A DNA stretch of 64,000 nucleotides. It comes from Eledone cirrhosa (Eukaryota). Position 1 is the stretch's first letter; every line of letters begins with the position of its first letter. The notes under the pieces are model-generated. The model ran no database searches. It saw only the letters and a program-made list of their open reading frames with translations, and was not told the DNA's origin. The position numbers and the translations under genes are program-made. Below, piece after piece: positions 27,420 to 42,116 of this stretch. The stretch is from contig OZ024740.1 in assembly GCA_964016885.1 (NCBI GenBank), positions 344,720,001-344,784,000 on the forward strand. Reading direction: 5' to 3'.

Positions 27420-29240
27420 CGTGTAATGCTATCGTTTGATACTTAAGTATGAGCAGCATAGACGTGGCTTTTTAGCCCTGCTAGGGACCTGCATACACTA
27501 GCACATACTTTGCAACAATGGGGCCCTCTCTCTATAATTGTTACGGTCATGTTTTGGTGTACTTTTAAATGACGTTCCAGTCTACCAACTGTGTCACACT
27601 CATAACCCACAAACAGATATGCCATACACTGCACAGTTGAACGTATCCCCGTGTATGTGGCTTCTCCGATGAATTCCAACGCCTGCTCTACTTAGACATA
27701 ATCGCCCGTAAGAGGCGCTATACTGCTAGAGCGACTGCGTTCGAGGACTTCAGTGTCACTCACGTACATTTTCCAGTGGATGCCCTGTATACGTCAAGGA
27801 CACTATTGGTGAGAGTACACCAATCTTTTGTTATGCCATCCTGAAGTGACCCAAGTCTCTAATGAAAACAACAAAGAGGACAAAGCACAAGTATTATACA
27901 TATTTAAGGGCGGTGGATTGACTGTATCGGTACAGCGATAGACACCATGCTTTGCAGCATAAAGTTATGGTCTTTTCCGTTCTGAGTTAAAATCTCACCG
28001 AAGTTGAATGTGTTTTTCCTCCTTAAGGGATCAATAAAATAAAGTACCAGCAATGCAATGGGATAATTATTGGCCTTGTGCTAAAAGTAGAAACAATTAT
28101 ATACATTTAACTTTGACTCAATGAAATACCATGCTGACACCATAGACGTCCATGCAAGTTCCGAAATGCATCACTTCTAGATTCGGTGGAAGATTTTGTC
28201 ATCCAGAGTATTGGTCATATTCACATTGCTGAAAAGATATTCAAACGCATCCACAACTTTCAATTTCTGCCAATAAACTCATATATTTGGCGTAAAGTAG
28301 ACGTTACCTGGTGCAGGTTGGTATATAACCAAACTTTTTCCGACTGAATGTTACGTCCAATGTACTGCATACTTTGGAAAAAGAATCAATGAGAAGCTAC
28401 GTGTCACTCTCGGGATGAGAGACAAGATCACAGTTGACAGCTTACAGAAATCCGTGTATCAGCGATATATCATCTGTCTGGCACCAAACCTTCTGACATT
28501 AAACATGTTACCTGTTGTACGAAATCTATTGTAGACACCAGGTGAGAAAACTTCAAAGGCCTTCAAGAAAACCATAGCGAAGTACAACGCAAACAGATTC
28601 GGCACCGACATGTCTCCTTGGTTAACACCATTCTCAACCACAATGGGATCAATGAGTTTACCACCCTAACCTTAACGTCTCAACACAGAGACATATTTAT
28701 CAGACAACCAGGCTTCTTGAGAATCTATCTGAGGGCAATTATATTGATTCTATCTAAAGCCTTTCTCACATAAATTAACACCTGATACAGGTCAAGCCTC
28801 TACTCAATGCATTTCCCTTGCCGCTGCATTACCGTAAAAATCATTTCCCGTTGACCCCCTACAATTTCTAAAGCCACACAGAGATTCAGGAAGGACTTCA
28901 TCAGCGATGTTTTCAAGGAACCTGTCCAGTGCGGTTCTGCATTAGACCTTGCCTAAAACAACAAGAATGGATATCCCACGGTAATTGCTGCAGTCATCCC
29001 ATCCACATTTGCATATATAGAAAACCACGACTAGTGAATATGTCGTGTAATGTGGGAAAATCTCTTCAAACCAAATAATTGGATGAACCTAGTTAGACGA
29101 CGGAGTAGGTTTTCACTTCCATATTTGAAGATTTCAGCACAGACACCATCCAAGGTGACTTAAAACTATTTAGCTTTTTCACAACAGTTTCGACTTTGTT
29201 TAAGGAAGGAGTTTCTCTCATTATATCGTTGTTGGATTGG
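27420..29240 (-). mobile_element. Heavily decayed RTE (BovB-like) LINE RT region, interrupted by a SINE
   Basis: CSNYRGISIL, PESLCGFR, NGVNQGD..PNLFALYF..RFRTTGNMFNVRR (28459-28641), terminal C2H2-like CKVC..LAGLKSHV (27443-27679). Confidence 0.8.
27908..28096 (+). mobile_element. Nin-domain tRNA SINE
   Basis: gggcggtggattg start, diverged core, gtagaaac end, imperfect TSD attata..atttaa. Confidence 0.85.
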
Positions 29241-29330
29241 AGGTAATTGTGATGACAAACTCTTCATCAAACACAGAGTGCCCATTCAAAACTCTGACAA
29301 AGTTTTCGCGCAACCTGACTCTGTATATAT

Positions 29331-29406
<76 letters not shown>

Positions 29407-29420
29407 GCACGCACACACAC

Positions 29421-29452
<32 letters not shown>

Positions 29453-29489
29453 GCGCACACACATGTATATATATACATATATACATATT

Positions 29490-29550
<61 letters not shown>

Positions 29551-30696
29551 ATATATGTATATACATACATATATGTGTATATATATATGTGTGTATATAC
29601 ATACATATGTATACGTATATACTCTTTTACTCTTTTACCTGTTCCAGCCATCCGACTGAGGACATGCTGGGGCACCATCCTTGATGTATATATATATATA
29701 TATATATATGTATGCATACATTTATTTTTTTTAATTAATTGAGTTCTTTACACGAGGAATTGATATTGATTTTGAAATAACTAATTAACCCGCGTGTGTG
29801 TTATAATTTACTCTTAATTCGGCCGGAGATTTACATTCCCATTTGCCCTTTAAAGCATAACTTTCCGTATTTACTACGGTTACGAGATGCGGTTTCTTAT
29901 TCAGGTACAACCTCTGGTTTAGCCTAAGAAAATATCTATATGCGTGTGTAATTTATACACGCATATATTTATATTTTTAATTTCAATTGAGTTCTTAACA
30001 CGTTGGATTGATAATGTTTTCGAATAAACTGATTAACCCACGTGTATATTATTTTTTTTTTCTCCTTTCGTGGATCGTAGTTGTCTCCCCTTCCCGCTTA
30101 GTGACGCTATAACACTTCCTCAGTCAAAAACTGCTGGAATTTCAAATTTGCCGGTCATTCGATGCGGGAAGGAGCAACTTAACGGACATGATTTTTAACA
30201 GCGGTAAGAAATGTTTTTTCTTATATCAATGTTTAATGGGCTTCCACTGATGATTTATAAGCGCCCACCTAAATATATTCTTACATGAATGTATATTAGG
30301 TTTCTACATAAACTGGAAATATTCTCCGAATTTGTAGAAAACTTATAATGAAACAATTGTTTGGAAAGAGAGATATATTTTAACTTTAATTATATCTCAT
30401 AAAATAATACAACTGGCTTTTCCGCATAATACATATTGTTAGCACACCAAACACTTAAATTGGGTTTATATTAAAATATAACCTAATGTTTGTTGAGTGA
30501 GATGGTTACCAGTCAGAGATTAGCTTTAAACTATCTCTGTTATTGTATTAATTATATATATCTATATATGTATATGCATATATATATACACGTTGGGGTC
30601 TTGAACATTTTCCTGTTACCCACTCTACTACCCTAATTATTGAGTACTCTGGTGCATTATGGTCGTCCTGGTTCCTTACCACACTTATTTCGTTAT

Positions 30697-30727
<31 letters not shown>

Positions 30728-30839
30728 GGTATATAAAACAAACAAATAGTTTTATCGCGCTACATTGCTGAATGCAATAAATGTAATCTGAGTTTTTCAA
30801 ATATTAATGTTAATATTAAAAAAACTCAGATTACTTTTA

Positions 30840-30909
<70 letters not shown>

Positions 30910-31098
30910 GAAATAACTTCTTCACGACTTCGGGAGAAATCATCAAGAAGCCCGGGCATCTTATTTTGTTATTTTTATAAAAATTTCCATCGAATCTAAA
31001 AACTGTGATTGTTGAGATCTTTCCCCTGCTTTTACTCAAACAATCTCTTCGGAACATATCAATACACACAAACACACACAAACACACACACACACACG

Positions 31099-31143
<45 letters not shown>

Positions 31144-31151
31144 AGACACAC

Positions 31152-32004
<853 letters not shown>

Positions 32005-32194
32005 TTAAAATAACAGATTAAAGTTTAAGCAAATAATCGGTGCTTTCACCCTTAACTGGATCTTCTGAAACTAAAAAGAATCAATCTGTGAACGCAGAAG
32101 TAAATATCTCGAAAAACGTTGCTCTAGGGTTCTTATATATTTCATATATATTTATCTTTATCAAGCCCTCTTAGCATTTTAGTCTTCACATCTA

Positions 32195-32266
<72 letters not shown>

Positions 32267-32807
32267 ACTTCCTTGATTTTGTGCAAGGATGCTTGAGTGT
32301 ATATGTGTATATATATATCTACATACGTGAGTGTTTTCTCAGTGTATATGTTTATACGTTGACAGGTAAATAGGTGTACTACATACTGAAATGTTGACGG
32401 GTTCATCTTTAACGTAAATCAAATTTAGAAAAACTAAAATGAAGTTCTACATTGAAAATAGAAACAAGAAATATAATTATAACATACATGTTTATAAGTA
32501 TACCTGTGTTGAAATGCAAACGAAACTCCACAAACACAAACTCTCTCTTCACAATATATAAGTGTATGCGAGTGTGAGAGAGTGTGTATGTGAGTGTATC
32601 TGCGCATGTATCTATGTATTTATGTATATGTATGTATTATAAACTTAAGTATAACAAGTACACAGAAAAATAAACGAGGAGACAAAAATGAGATCATGTG
32701 TAGATTTCAATTACTGAACATAAGCATGCTGGTCAAAAACGAATATTTTCACAAGATCATGCAGGCATAGGTATAGCAATTACCTACAGACAGACACACA
32801 TACCCTC

Positions 32808-32944
<137 letters not shown>

Positions 32945-33209
32945 TGTATATATATGTGTGTATATGTATGTAATTATATATGCATGTATAAAAAAAGGTT
33001 ATGCATATACATATATATATATGCATAAGGTTTTTATTTATACATTAAGCAAAATTCATATTGTAAATACCTAACACAATGTCAATACACAGATTTTCTT
33101 ATTCTCATCATCTCTTGGTCCTTCTTTCTTTATTTCACTTCCATTCTCTCTCACACACCCTCTCTATCTGTTCTTCTATCTCTTTATGTATATATATATA
33201 TATATGTTT

Positions 33210-33240
<31 letters not shown>

Positions 33241-33241
33241 A

Positions 33242-33323
<82 letters not shown>

Positions 33324-33452
33324 TTTGTATATATATATATATTATATACGTTCATGCATCCATACTGCATAGTTGCATATAAACACATATACATAGATAT
33401 ATAACATTAATTAAGATATTTTCAAACATCTGAAAATGTGTTGGTGTATGTT

Positions 33453-33505
<53 letters not shown>

Positions 33506-33695
33506 ATACATATATGAGAAAAAGATAATACACAGCATTTTTTTAAGGTGCCACAACGTAAGTTCAGTCTGCAATCATACAAAAAAATGTTATGCGTGTT
33601 AAAATTTAACGTACAAAATAATATAAAATTAATTAAAGTAAATAAATAGTTATATATTTATATATATATATATATATAAATAGAAACACACACAG

Positions 33696-33764
<69 letters not shown>

Positions 33765-33902
33765 ATATGTATATATATATATATAATGTCACGCTATATT
33801 TAATCACACTCTGACGTACATATGTATATATATATATATATAAATATACATATATACATGCATATATATATGTACATGCATATATTTGCATATATGTGTA
33901 AA

Positions 33903-33936
<34 letters not shown>

Positions 33937-33962
33937 ATATATATATATATATGAATACATGT

Positions 33963-33998
<36 letters not shown>

Positions 33999-34352
33999 GT
34001 GTGTGAGTGTGTGTGTGTGTCTGTGTAAGTAATGATATGTATATATATGTATATTTAATGTGTACTACATATATCGGAATATCCCTGTGATTTTCGGTGA
34101 TAGTGAGTTAGCCCCGTATATAATAGGACGTGAAATACAATACGGAATGACTTTGAAAATGGATTGAAAAATAACAATATTGACACCATGAATAACAATG
34201 AATATAACAAGTTAAAATATCTAAGTAAATAAATATAAGCGCTCACATAGATACACATATGCCTCACACACACACATATAGACTTGTATATATATATATA
34301 TATACATATATATACATATATATACATATATATATATCAACACACATATTTA

Positions 34353-34392
<40 letters not shown>

Positions 34393-34534
34393 CATATGTA
34401 TATATATATATATACGTATGTATATATATATAGAGAGTGTGGATGTTGAAAATATATTTACATATATATGTATATCTATAAATATACATTTTAGTATATA
34501 TATATATATATATATGTATAAATATATTGACACC

Positions 34535-34573
<39 letters not shown>

Positions 34574-34576
34574 CTA

Positions 34577-34630
<54 letters not shown>

Positions 34631-35288
34631 AGTGTGTGTGTGTATAATTATTTACTTATTTTTGTATATACATACAAACAAGATATGTAAATATATAGGA
34701 TATAGAAAGAAGTGCAGAACACTGAAGTAAAAGGATATTTGGAAGAGTTATCACGTGATGTAAGCACGAATATAGAGATTTTCGTGATCGACAAGGTCTG
34801 TAAAATCGATTTTTGAATTCCCCATCTCTGCAAGACACATCACGAGTGCCTTTGTTACTTTATTTTCAAAAATTCTTTAAAGAATTTTTTCTTATATTTT
34901 TCACCACAGGTTCCATACTCACCATATTGTTAGCGGTAAAATAATAAAAAATATAACGGAAAAATAAACAAATGCAGTAAAAAAATAGAATATAACAATA
35001 AATTAAAAAATATATGAGAAAATGAAATTTACAAATGTACTACGAAACGTCTGGTTTCATTTTTCTTTCGAATTTTCATTGACGTTTATATATCTATTAA
35101 TGCAACTATTATCAAATAGACTTCATGCATGTATGCATTGTAATATCATTCAAAGATTTGCTGGCGTAATAAAATCTACGATGTTAGAGTAAGAACTACT
35201 TACAAAAGACATGATACATATACTTAAACAGACACTTATTAGCAGTCACTCTATTATACACACAAACACATACACACGTATATATATC

Positions 35289-35320
<32 letters not shown>

Positions 35321-35511
35321 ATATATATATGTATATATAGTATATGTATCATATATATATATGTATATTTATATATAAGTTTATCCCGGGTTCAATCGGG
35401 GGTAACCACAGTAAGAAGGTTACTCAATACAAAGCAGAGTATAACTATTTGGTATAAAAATGGCTTCTACAGGACTAAAATTGTTTCATTCGGGAGAAAT
35501 CATCTGGAAGC

Positions 35512-35554
<43 letters not shown>

Positions 35555-35677
35555 TTTGTAAATCGGTGGCTCGTCGAGAGACAGAATCGTATCCGGTGCC
35601 AGTTGCTAATCGCTTTACCGAGTCGGTTGTCACAAACTGTCATGACCGGCATGGGGTGGGGTTTTGATTAGGCGATA

Positions 35678-35781
35678 CCCGCTGATGAAGCCGCATAAGC
35701 CGCATAGTTGCATAATATATGCCGACGGATGGTGCAGTGCACCTTACTGCTGCATTAGTGCGGCCGAAACTCGAGTCCGGG
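35678..35781 (+). ncRNA. Type I hammerhead with large stem II insertion
   Basis: CCCG-CTGATGA-A-GCCGCA(63 nt)TGCGGC-C-GAAA-CTCGAG-T-C-CGGG; palindromic ACTCGAGT stem III; GUC site. Confidence 0.85.
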
Positions 35782-36285
35782 AACTATTATAGGCACGCGT
35801 TTAACGTGTGTTGTATTGAAGCGAATAACTATGTGTATACTCTGGGAATGTATCTTACATTGCCCATGACGTACGTTGAGATACAAAAGGTCCTGGCATT
35901 GATAAATATGCTGGGTCCATCAACTCCCTATTATATATATATATATATAGTATAAAGGATTGAAAAATAACACGGATCGGCTGTATAGTAGGGTTTTTTC
36001 CAAGTATTAACAAATGTTTCATTAGTATGTTGTGTCTGAAAACTGCTGTCCGCCGTATGCCTTCGATTTTAATTACAGTTGACACCCAACCAAATTCTGA
36101 AAATCCTGATTTGGTGATACTGTGCGTTACTATTTATAATTACATGAAAAATAAGAAGGATAATAATAAGAAAGAAAATATAAGGATGAGGGGGAATTAG
36201 GATAATGGCATGATAAAAATAATAATAATAATAACATCAACATGGATTGCCTTAAACGATACATCGTTAACTTATATATATATAT

Positions 36286-37429
36286 ATATTAAATTCAAGG
36301 GGTATATATATATAATTAGACATAGTCACAGATATATATATGAGTTTGGCAACCTTTCACGGCGTGGCTCGATGAAGAATTAATTAAGCAAATAATCATT
36401 AATCAGAGCTATATATAAAACTGCAAGTCTGAAGAACTATTAGATAAAATATTTACAGTATTTCCTCTCCTAGTCCGTATAAATCAACCACATAAAAAAT
36501 CATTTAGAGGAGGCTATAAGTTTAAAATGTAATTATGAAGAAATAATAGACAAATGACACAGACTATCTTCCGCGATGTACAGCCATATGACATTTATCT
36601 AATTATTTCTTTTAGCCTGTAGAAATTGACTAGACAAATAATTAACTACACGGAGTTAGGTACAACATAGAAGTTTGAAGAAAAAATGCACATGACTTTT
36701 ACCAAAATTCCTCTAGTCCCTACCACCGGCGGTTTCGTGCCACTCTTTTCATATACCCGATCTTGGATCTATCCACGAAAGGTTGTCAAAATCATATACG
36801 TATCTTTGACTATGTCTAATTATATATATATATACCCCTTTGAATTTAATATATATTCAGGTAAGGTTGATTAAAACTTTAGGCAGTATTCGGCTGCGCT
36901 TTCTAGAAAATAGCCTACTCGCCGACAGGCACCAATCAAACATTTCTGCCTTGACCGCTAGCCACGTGATAGTTCTTAGCCATTTTGAATTCATTTCTGG
37001 CGGGGATCAGGGTAGGAAATATTTAGTCCGGTCTGAGGTATCTCCTGATGAGTTCCAAGCCTCGTGAATAGATCCAAGATCGGGTATATCTAAAAAGTGG
37101 AACGAAACCGCCGGTGGTCGGGACTAGATGATTTTGGTAAAGTTTATGTGCATTTTTTTCTTCAAGCTTCTATTTTTTACCTAACTCCGTGTAGTTAATT
37201 ATTTGTCTAGTCAATTTCTATAGGCTAAAAGAAATAATTAGATAAATGTCATATGGCTGTACATCGCGGAAGATATCTCTATCATTTGCCTATTATTTAT
37301 TCATAATTACATTTTAAAATTATAGCCTCGTCTAAATGAATTTTTAAGTGGTTGATTTATACGGACTAGGAGAGGAAATACTGTATATATTTTATCTAAT
37401 AGTTCTTCAGACATGCAATTTTATATATA
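36286..37429. mobile_element. ORF-less fold-back element with nested inverted repeats and a hammerhead
   Basis: 36411-36778 is the reverse complement of 37062-37429; 36286-36357 is the reverse complement of about 36777-36854. Confidence 0.85.
37021..37129 (+). ncRNA. Type I hammerhead with extended stem I and enlarged loop II
   Basis: TCTC-CTGATGA-GTTCCA(40 nt)TGGAAC-GAAA-CC(GCCGGT)GG-T-C-GGGA; possible outer helix atttagtcc/ggactagat. Confidence 0.87.
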
Positions 37430-37579
37430 CAAATATATATATATATATATATCTACCAACTCATAATATTATTATATTATATCATAACATTAAATCATAA
37501 CTTTTTTAACACTACATGTGAAGTCATTATTTTCCTTTTTTTCAAATATACCTAACTGTACCAAGGATCTCACACATTT

Positions 37580-37622
<43 letters not shown>

Positions 37623-37691
37623 AATAAAGTTTCAGCGAGAATCGCATTTTCGGCGGGCAGGAAAAGCGAAGCGAAACGCAAAAATCAGAAA

Positions 37692-37766
<75 letters not shown>

Positions 37767-38258
37767 CGCGCGCGCGTTTGTGTGTGTTTGATGTGTTCGT
37801 GCGTGAGTGTGTGTATATTAGCCAATCAAATTTAAACTATATTTTCACATTTTCTTCGCTACATTCACCTCTTTCTGGCAAGTATTCTGGAAAATATTGA
37901 TATTGTCACGTTACTTTGACGACGATATCATTATGGCTTTAGTACAGTTAAAAAGAGATAATCTATTAAACATTTCATACTTCATATTTGTTTAATTGCA
38001 TAACTCAAGTGAAATCAAAAGAAAATGACAAAAGAATGTATTTCATTGAATACCTCGCGCCAGTACTGAATAGACAACGACAGCGATTCGATTTGATTTA
38101 GTTTAATTACGGTCAATTTGACCTATTCTGCAATGTTTATTAACAACTATTTTATTTACGAAGCAGAAATAACATTCTTAATTACATAGGTGAAACAAAG
38201 ATATTCCACTTAATTTAATTAACCGTCCTTTATGTCTTACTCATTCTGATTTACTCTC

Positions 38259-38304
<46 letters not shown>

Positions 38305-38333
38305 TCTCTCGCTCTCTCTATCTATCTCTCTCT

Positions 38334-38397
<64 letters not shown>

Positions 38398-38542
38398 TCT
38401 CCCTTTGTCCCCCCTCTCTCTTTCTCTCTCTCTCTCTCTCTCTGACCTCCAGTAGATAACTGACGAAGGAAAATTTTCTCCCGTTCTGGCTTTCCTCTTT
38501 TAATAAGTACATCGTGTCCAGCAGCTACACAGCCCATGTTTA

Positions 38543-38598
<56 letters not shown>

Positions 38599-38694
38599 GC
38601 TTAGAGTTTAGACTCAGAGAGGTCATTTACAATCATTTCAGCTCTAGGAATTGCTTCTGAGCAGTATAAATATATATATATATATATATACATG

Positions 38695-38728
<34 letters not shown>

Positions 38729-38729
38729 C

Positions 38730-38761
<32 letters not shown>

Positions 38762-39020
38762 TTAGAAACACACAGATACATGCGGACACACACATATATA
38801 CATGAATGCATCCGCACCCAAATGTGAGTTAAGGGTGCCAACTTCACCGATGTTGCTCAATGAATGACTGGGACAGACCAATTCAGTTTGAACCAGACTG
38901 AACCAGTATCAGAGTTAAAAATACATTATGAAGAGAGAAGAAACATTTAGATATAATTAGTAATAAAATTTTCTTTCTCACGTCGTGTAGACGCGTTCTT
39001 GAGACTAGTAAAATGAGGTA

Positions 39021-39108
39021 TCCTCTTGATAAGTCGGCAGACCTCGCAAGGACTCTATATCTTTGATATATTGTTTTTGTTTATGCCACGAAACTACGTA
39101 GTCGAGGA
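39021..39108 (+). ncRNA. Type I hammerhead, U3-A8 variant (copy 1)
   Basis: TCCTC-TTGATAA-GTcGGCA(44 nt)TGCCAC-GAAA-CTACGTAG-T-C-GAGGA. Confidence 0.87.
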
Positions 39109-39611
39109 ATTTAGGAACAGTTTAGGTATGATACATTTTATTACTAATTATATCTAAATGTTTCTTCTCTCTTCATAATGTATTTTTAACTCTGATACTG
39201 GTTCAGTCTGGTTCAAACTGAATTGGTCTGTCCCAGTCATTCATTGAGCAACATCGGTGAAGTTGGCACCCTTAACTCACAGTTGGGTGCGGATGCATTC
39301 ATGTATATATGTGTGTGTCCGCATGTATCTGTGTGTTTCTAAATATATTAATAACTCCCTCTGGTCGAGCAATCTTTGAAGTGTGGGGACAACTGGAAAG
39401 CTTCCATTACTCATACTTCTCGCCTTCTTCACTACCTCTTCTACGGCCTCGATATGAATACCCCCTCCGCCTCCGTGGTATTTTCTTCGTGGTTATAAGA
39501 GGCTTAGCTCTGTTTCTCGACCGTTATATCGCGTGACTATCTCCCCCTCCGCCTTTTGGGATTCTTTCTCACGTCGTGTAGACGCGTTCTTGAGACTAGT
39601 AAAATGAGGTA

Positions 39612-39699
39612 TCCTCTTGATAAGTCGGCAGACCTCGCAAGGACTCTATATCTTTGATATATTGTTTTTGTTTATGCCACGAAACTACGTAGTCGAGGA
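39612..39699 (+). ncRNA. Type I hammerhead, U3-A8 variant (copy 2)
   Basis: Identical to 39021-39108. Confidence 0.87.
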
Positions 39700-39768
39700 A
39701 TTTAGGAACAGTTTAGGTATGATACATTTTATTACTAATTAAATCTAAATGTTTCTTCTCTCTTCATA

Positions 39769-39879
<111 letters not shown>

Positions 39880-39920
39880 TACATATATATATACATATAC
39901 ATATACATGTATATATATAC

Positions 39921-39976
<56 letters not shown>

Positions 39977-39977
<1 letters not shown>

Positions 39978-41048
39978 CATGTTATCCATGTGCAACCAGC
40001 AGTATTCTTCTCCCCATTTTTTCACATATATTTACCTATACTGCGATTCTGTTTTTTTCTCTCTCTCTCTCTCTTGCTGCTCCATCGCTCTCTCTGTTTC
40101 TCCTGCTTTCTTTCGCCCCCTCTGTCATGTCAGTTAACTCTTCCTCACACTTCCACTCACTCACTCACTGTTTCTCCTCTTCACACTTCACCCCGTTCGC
40201 GACGAAATCATTTTCTCTCTCTCACATTTGAATTCGCTGCTGAAAGGTCTTTTTTCTAAGCGCTCATATATTCACCTAGCTTATGCTAACAGAATAACTA
40301 TGAAGCTTGTTCCCTTCCTTCTACGGTTAGCTATCCTCTTTGTTGTTATCTTATCTCACTCGCTTTACGCGTTTTAATTGTCCTAATAACTTAATTTAGT
40401 TATTATTGCACCGACGTGAGGTATATGATTTTTAATGCAATAAAATATCTATGATCATCGGCAAATCACTGATGAGGGACTTATTTTATTACATGTTATC
40501 CATGTGCAACCAGCAGTATTCTTCTCCCCAATTTTTCACATATATTTACCTATACTGCGATTCTGTTTTTCTCTCTCTCTCTCTCTTGCTGCTCCCTCGC
40601 TCTCTCTGTTTCTCCTGCTTTCTTTCGCCCCCTCTGTCATGTCAGTTAACTCTTCCTCACACTTCCACTCACTCACTCACTGTTTCTCCTCTTCTCACTT
40701 CAACCCGTTCGCGACGAAATCATTTTCTCTCTCTCACATTTGAATTCGCTGCTGAAAGGTCTTTTTTCTAAGCGCTCATATATTCACCTAGCTTATGCTA
40801 ACAGAATAACTATGAAGCTTGTTCCCTTCCTTCTACGGTTAGCTATCCTCTTTGTTGTTATCTTGTGTCACTCGCTTTACGCGTTTTAATTGTCCTAATA
40901 ACTTAATTTAGTTATTATTGCACCGACGTGAGGTATATGATTTTTAATGCAATGAAATATCTATGATCATCGGCAAATCACTGATGAGGGACTTATTTTA
41001 TTACATGTTATCCATGTGCAACCAGCAGTATTCTTCTCCCCATTTTTT

Positions 41049-41050
<2 letters not shown>
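39977..41050. repeat. Tandem repeat of a ~513-bp unit (2 units + ~50 bp)
   Basis: acatgttatccatgtgcaaccagcag begins at 39977, 40491 and 41003; near-identical units; (TA)n on both sides. Confidence 0.95.
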
Positions 41051-41138
<88 letters not shown>

Positions 41139-41165
41139 TATATATACATATACATATATATATAA

Positions 41166-41899
41166 TCAAGGTTTAGCAAATAAGAAAAAGTTTCAAAATA
41201 AATTTCAAAAAATTCACTGTACTCACTATGGTTACCTTTACCGAATCGGTTTCGAGTCTCAAAAATAAATGGACAGTCCTTGCGGCCTTCCAGAATTGCT
41301 TCCACATCATTCAGTCTCATCTCAGGAACAATTTTGAATAGCGCCAGTTACTTTATTAACTAGCCATTGAACCACATTGGCATATGGTTGGACAATACAT
41401 GTGTCCCTGGACGCTTTTTGCGTGTAGGGATATATACTTTATTATTATTATATCTTGGTCGAGATAAAATTTGGTCGTTTTGATTGCTGCTATTTATAGT
41501 GGTAGTAGACTCACCTCCCTGCCTCTGCTTCTATCTTTACACATGGCACTTGACAGACTTGCTTCCACATCATTCATTCTCATCTCAGGAACAATTTTGA
41601 ATAGCGCCAGTTCGTAATTTGAACTCGGGAATTTTATATTCTCCGAGTAAAAAGAACCTTCTGACGAGAGCTTATGTTTAAAATGGAAGGCCGCAAGGAC
41701 TGTCCATTTATTTTTGAGACTCGAAACCGATTCGGTAAAGGTAACCATAGTGAGTACAGTGAATTTTTTGAAATTTATTTTGAAACTTTTTCTTATTTGC
41801 TAAACCTTGAGTATATATGTTCTGGCTCGTTAATTTATTAACTAGCCATTGAACCACATTGGCATATGGTTGGACAATACATGTGTCCCTGGACGCTTT
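41166..41899. mobile_element. ORF-less fold-back element with hammerhead and internal direct duplications
   Basis: 41166-41292 is the reverse complement of 41684-41810; direct repeats 41298-41349/41561-41612 and 41353-41418/41834-41899. Confidence 0.85.
41656..41742 (+). ncRNA. Type I hammerhead with long stem II
   Basis: ACCTT-CTGACGA-GAG(..AAATGGA..TCCATTT..)CTC-GAAA-CCG(ATT)CGG-T-A-AAGGT. Confidence 0.87.
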
Positions 41900-42021
41900 G
41901 TGAAAAAACAACGTTGTCCTTGATGGACACGAAGCGAAGAGTATTTGGTTACTCTTTTTCTCTTTTACCTGTTCCAGCCATTAACGTAGAAAAATGAGAA
42001 AACTCATCGCTAGAAAAGCCG

Positions 42022-42116
42022 TCTACTACATGCATTCAAGGACAATCTACTACATGCATTCAAGGACAATCTAATACATGCATTCAAGGACAATCTACTA
42101 CATGCATTCAAGGACA
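42022..42116. repeat. 24-bp minisatellite x4 inside a diverged inverted repeat (41993-42215 vs 42660-42800)
   Basis: tctactacatgcattcaaggacaa repeated four times with no spacers. Confidence 0.9.

Noticed and set aside
40950-41000. GAAA...CTGATGA as a type II hammerhead
   Set aside because: No stem II complementarity, and the other unit has TAAAA instead of TGAAA; kept only as an unknown hairpin.
42022-42116. 24-bp repeats as a CRISPR array
   Set aside because: No spacers, no cas genes, eukaryotic context; it is a minisatellite.
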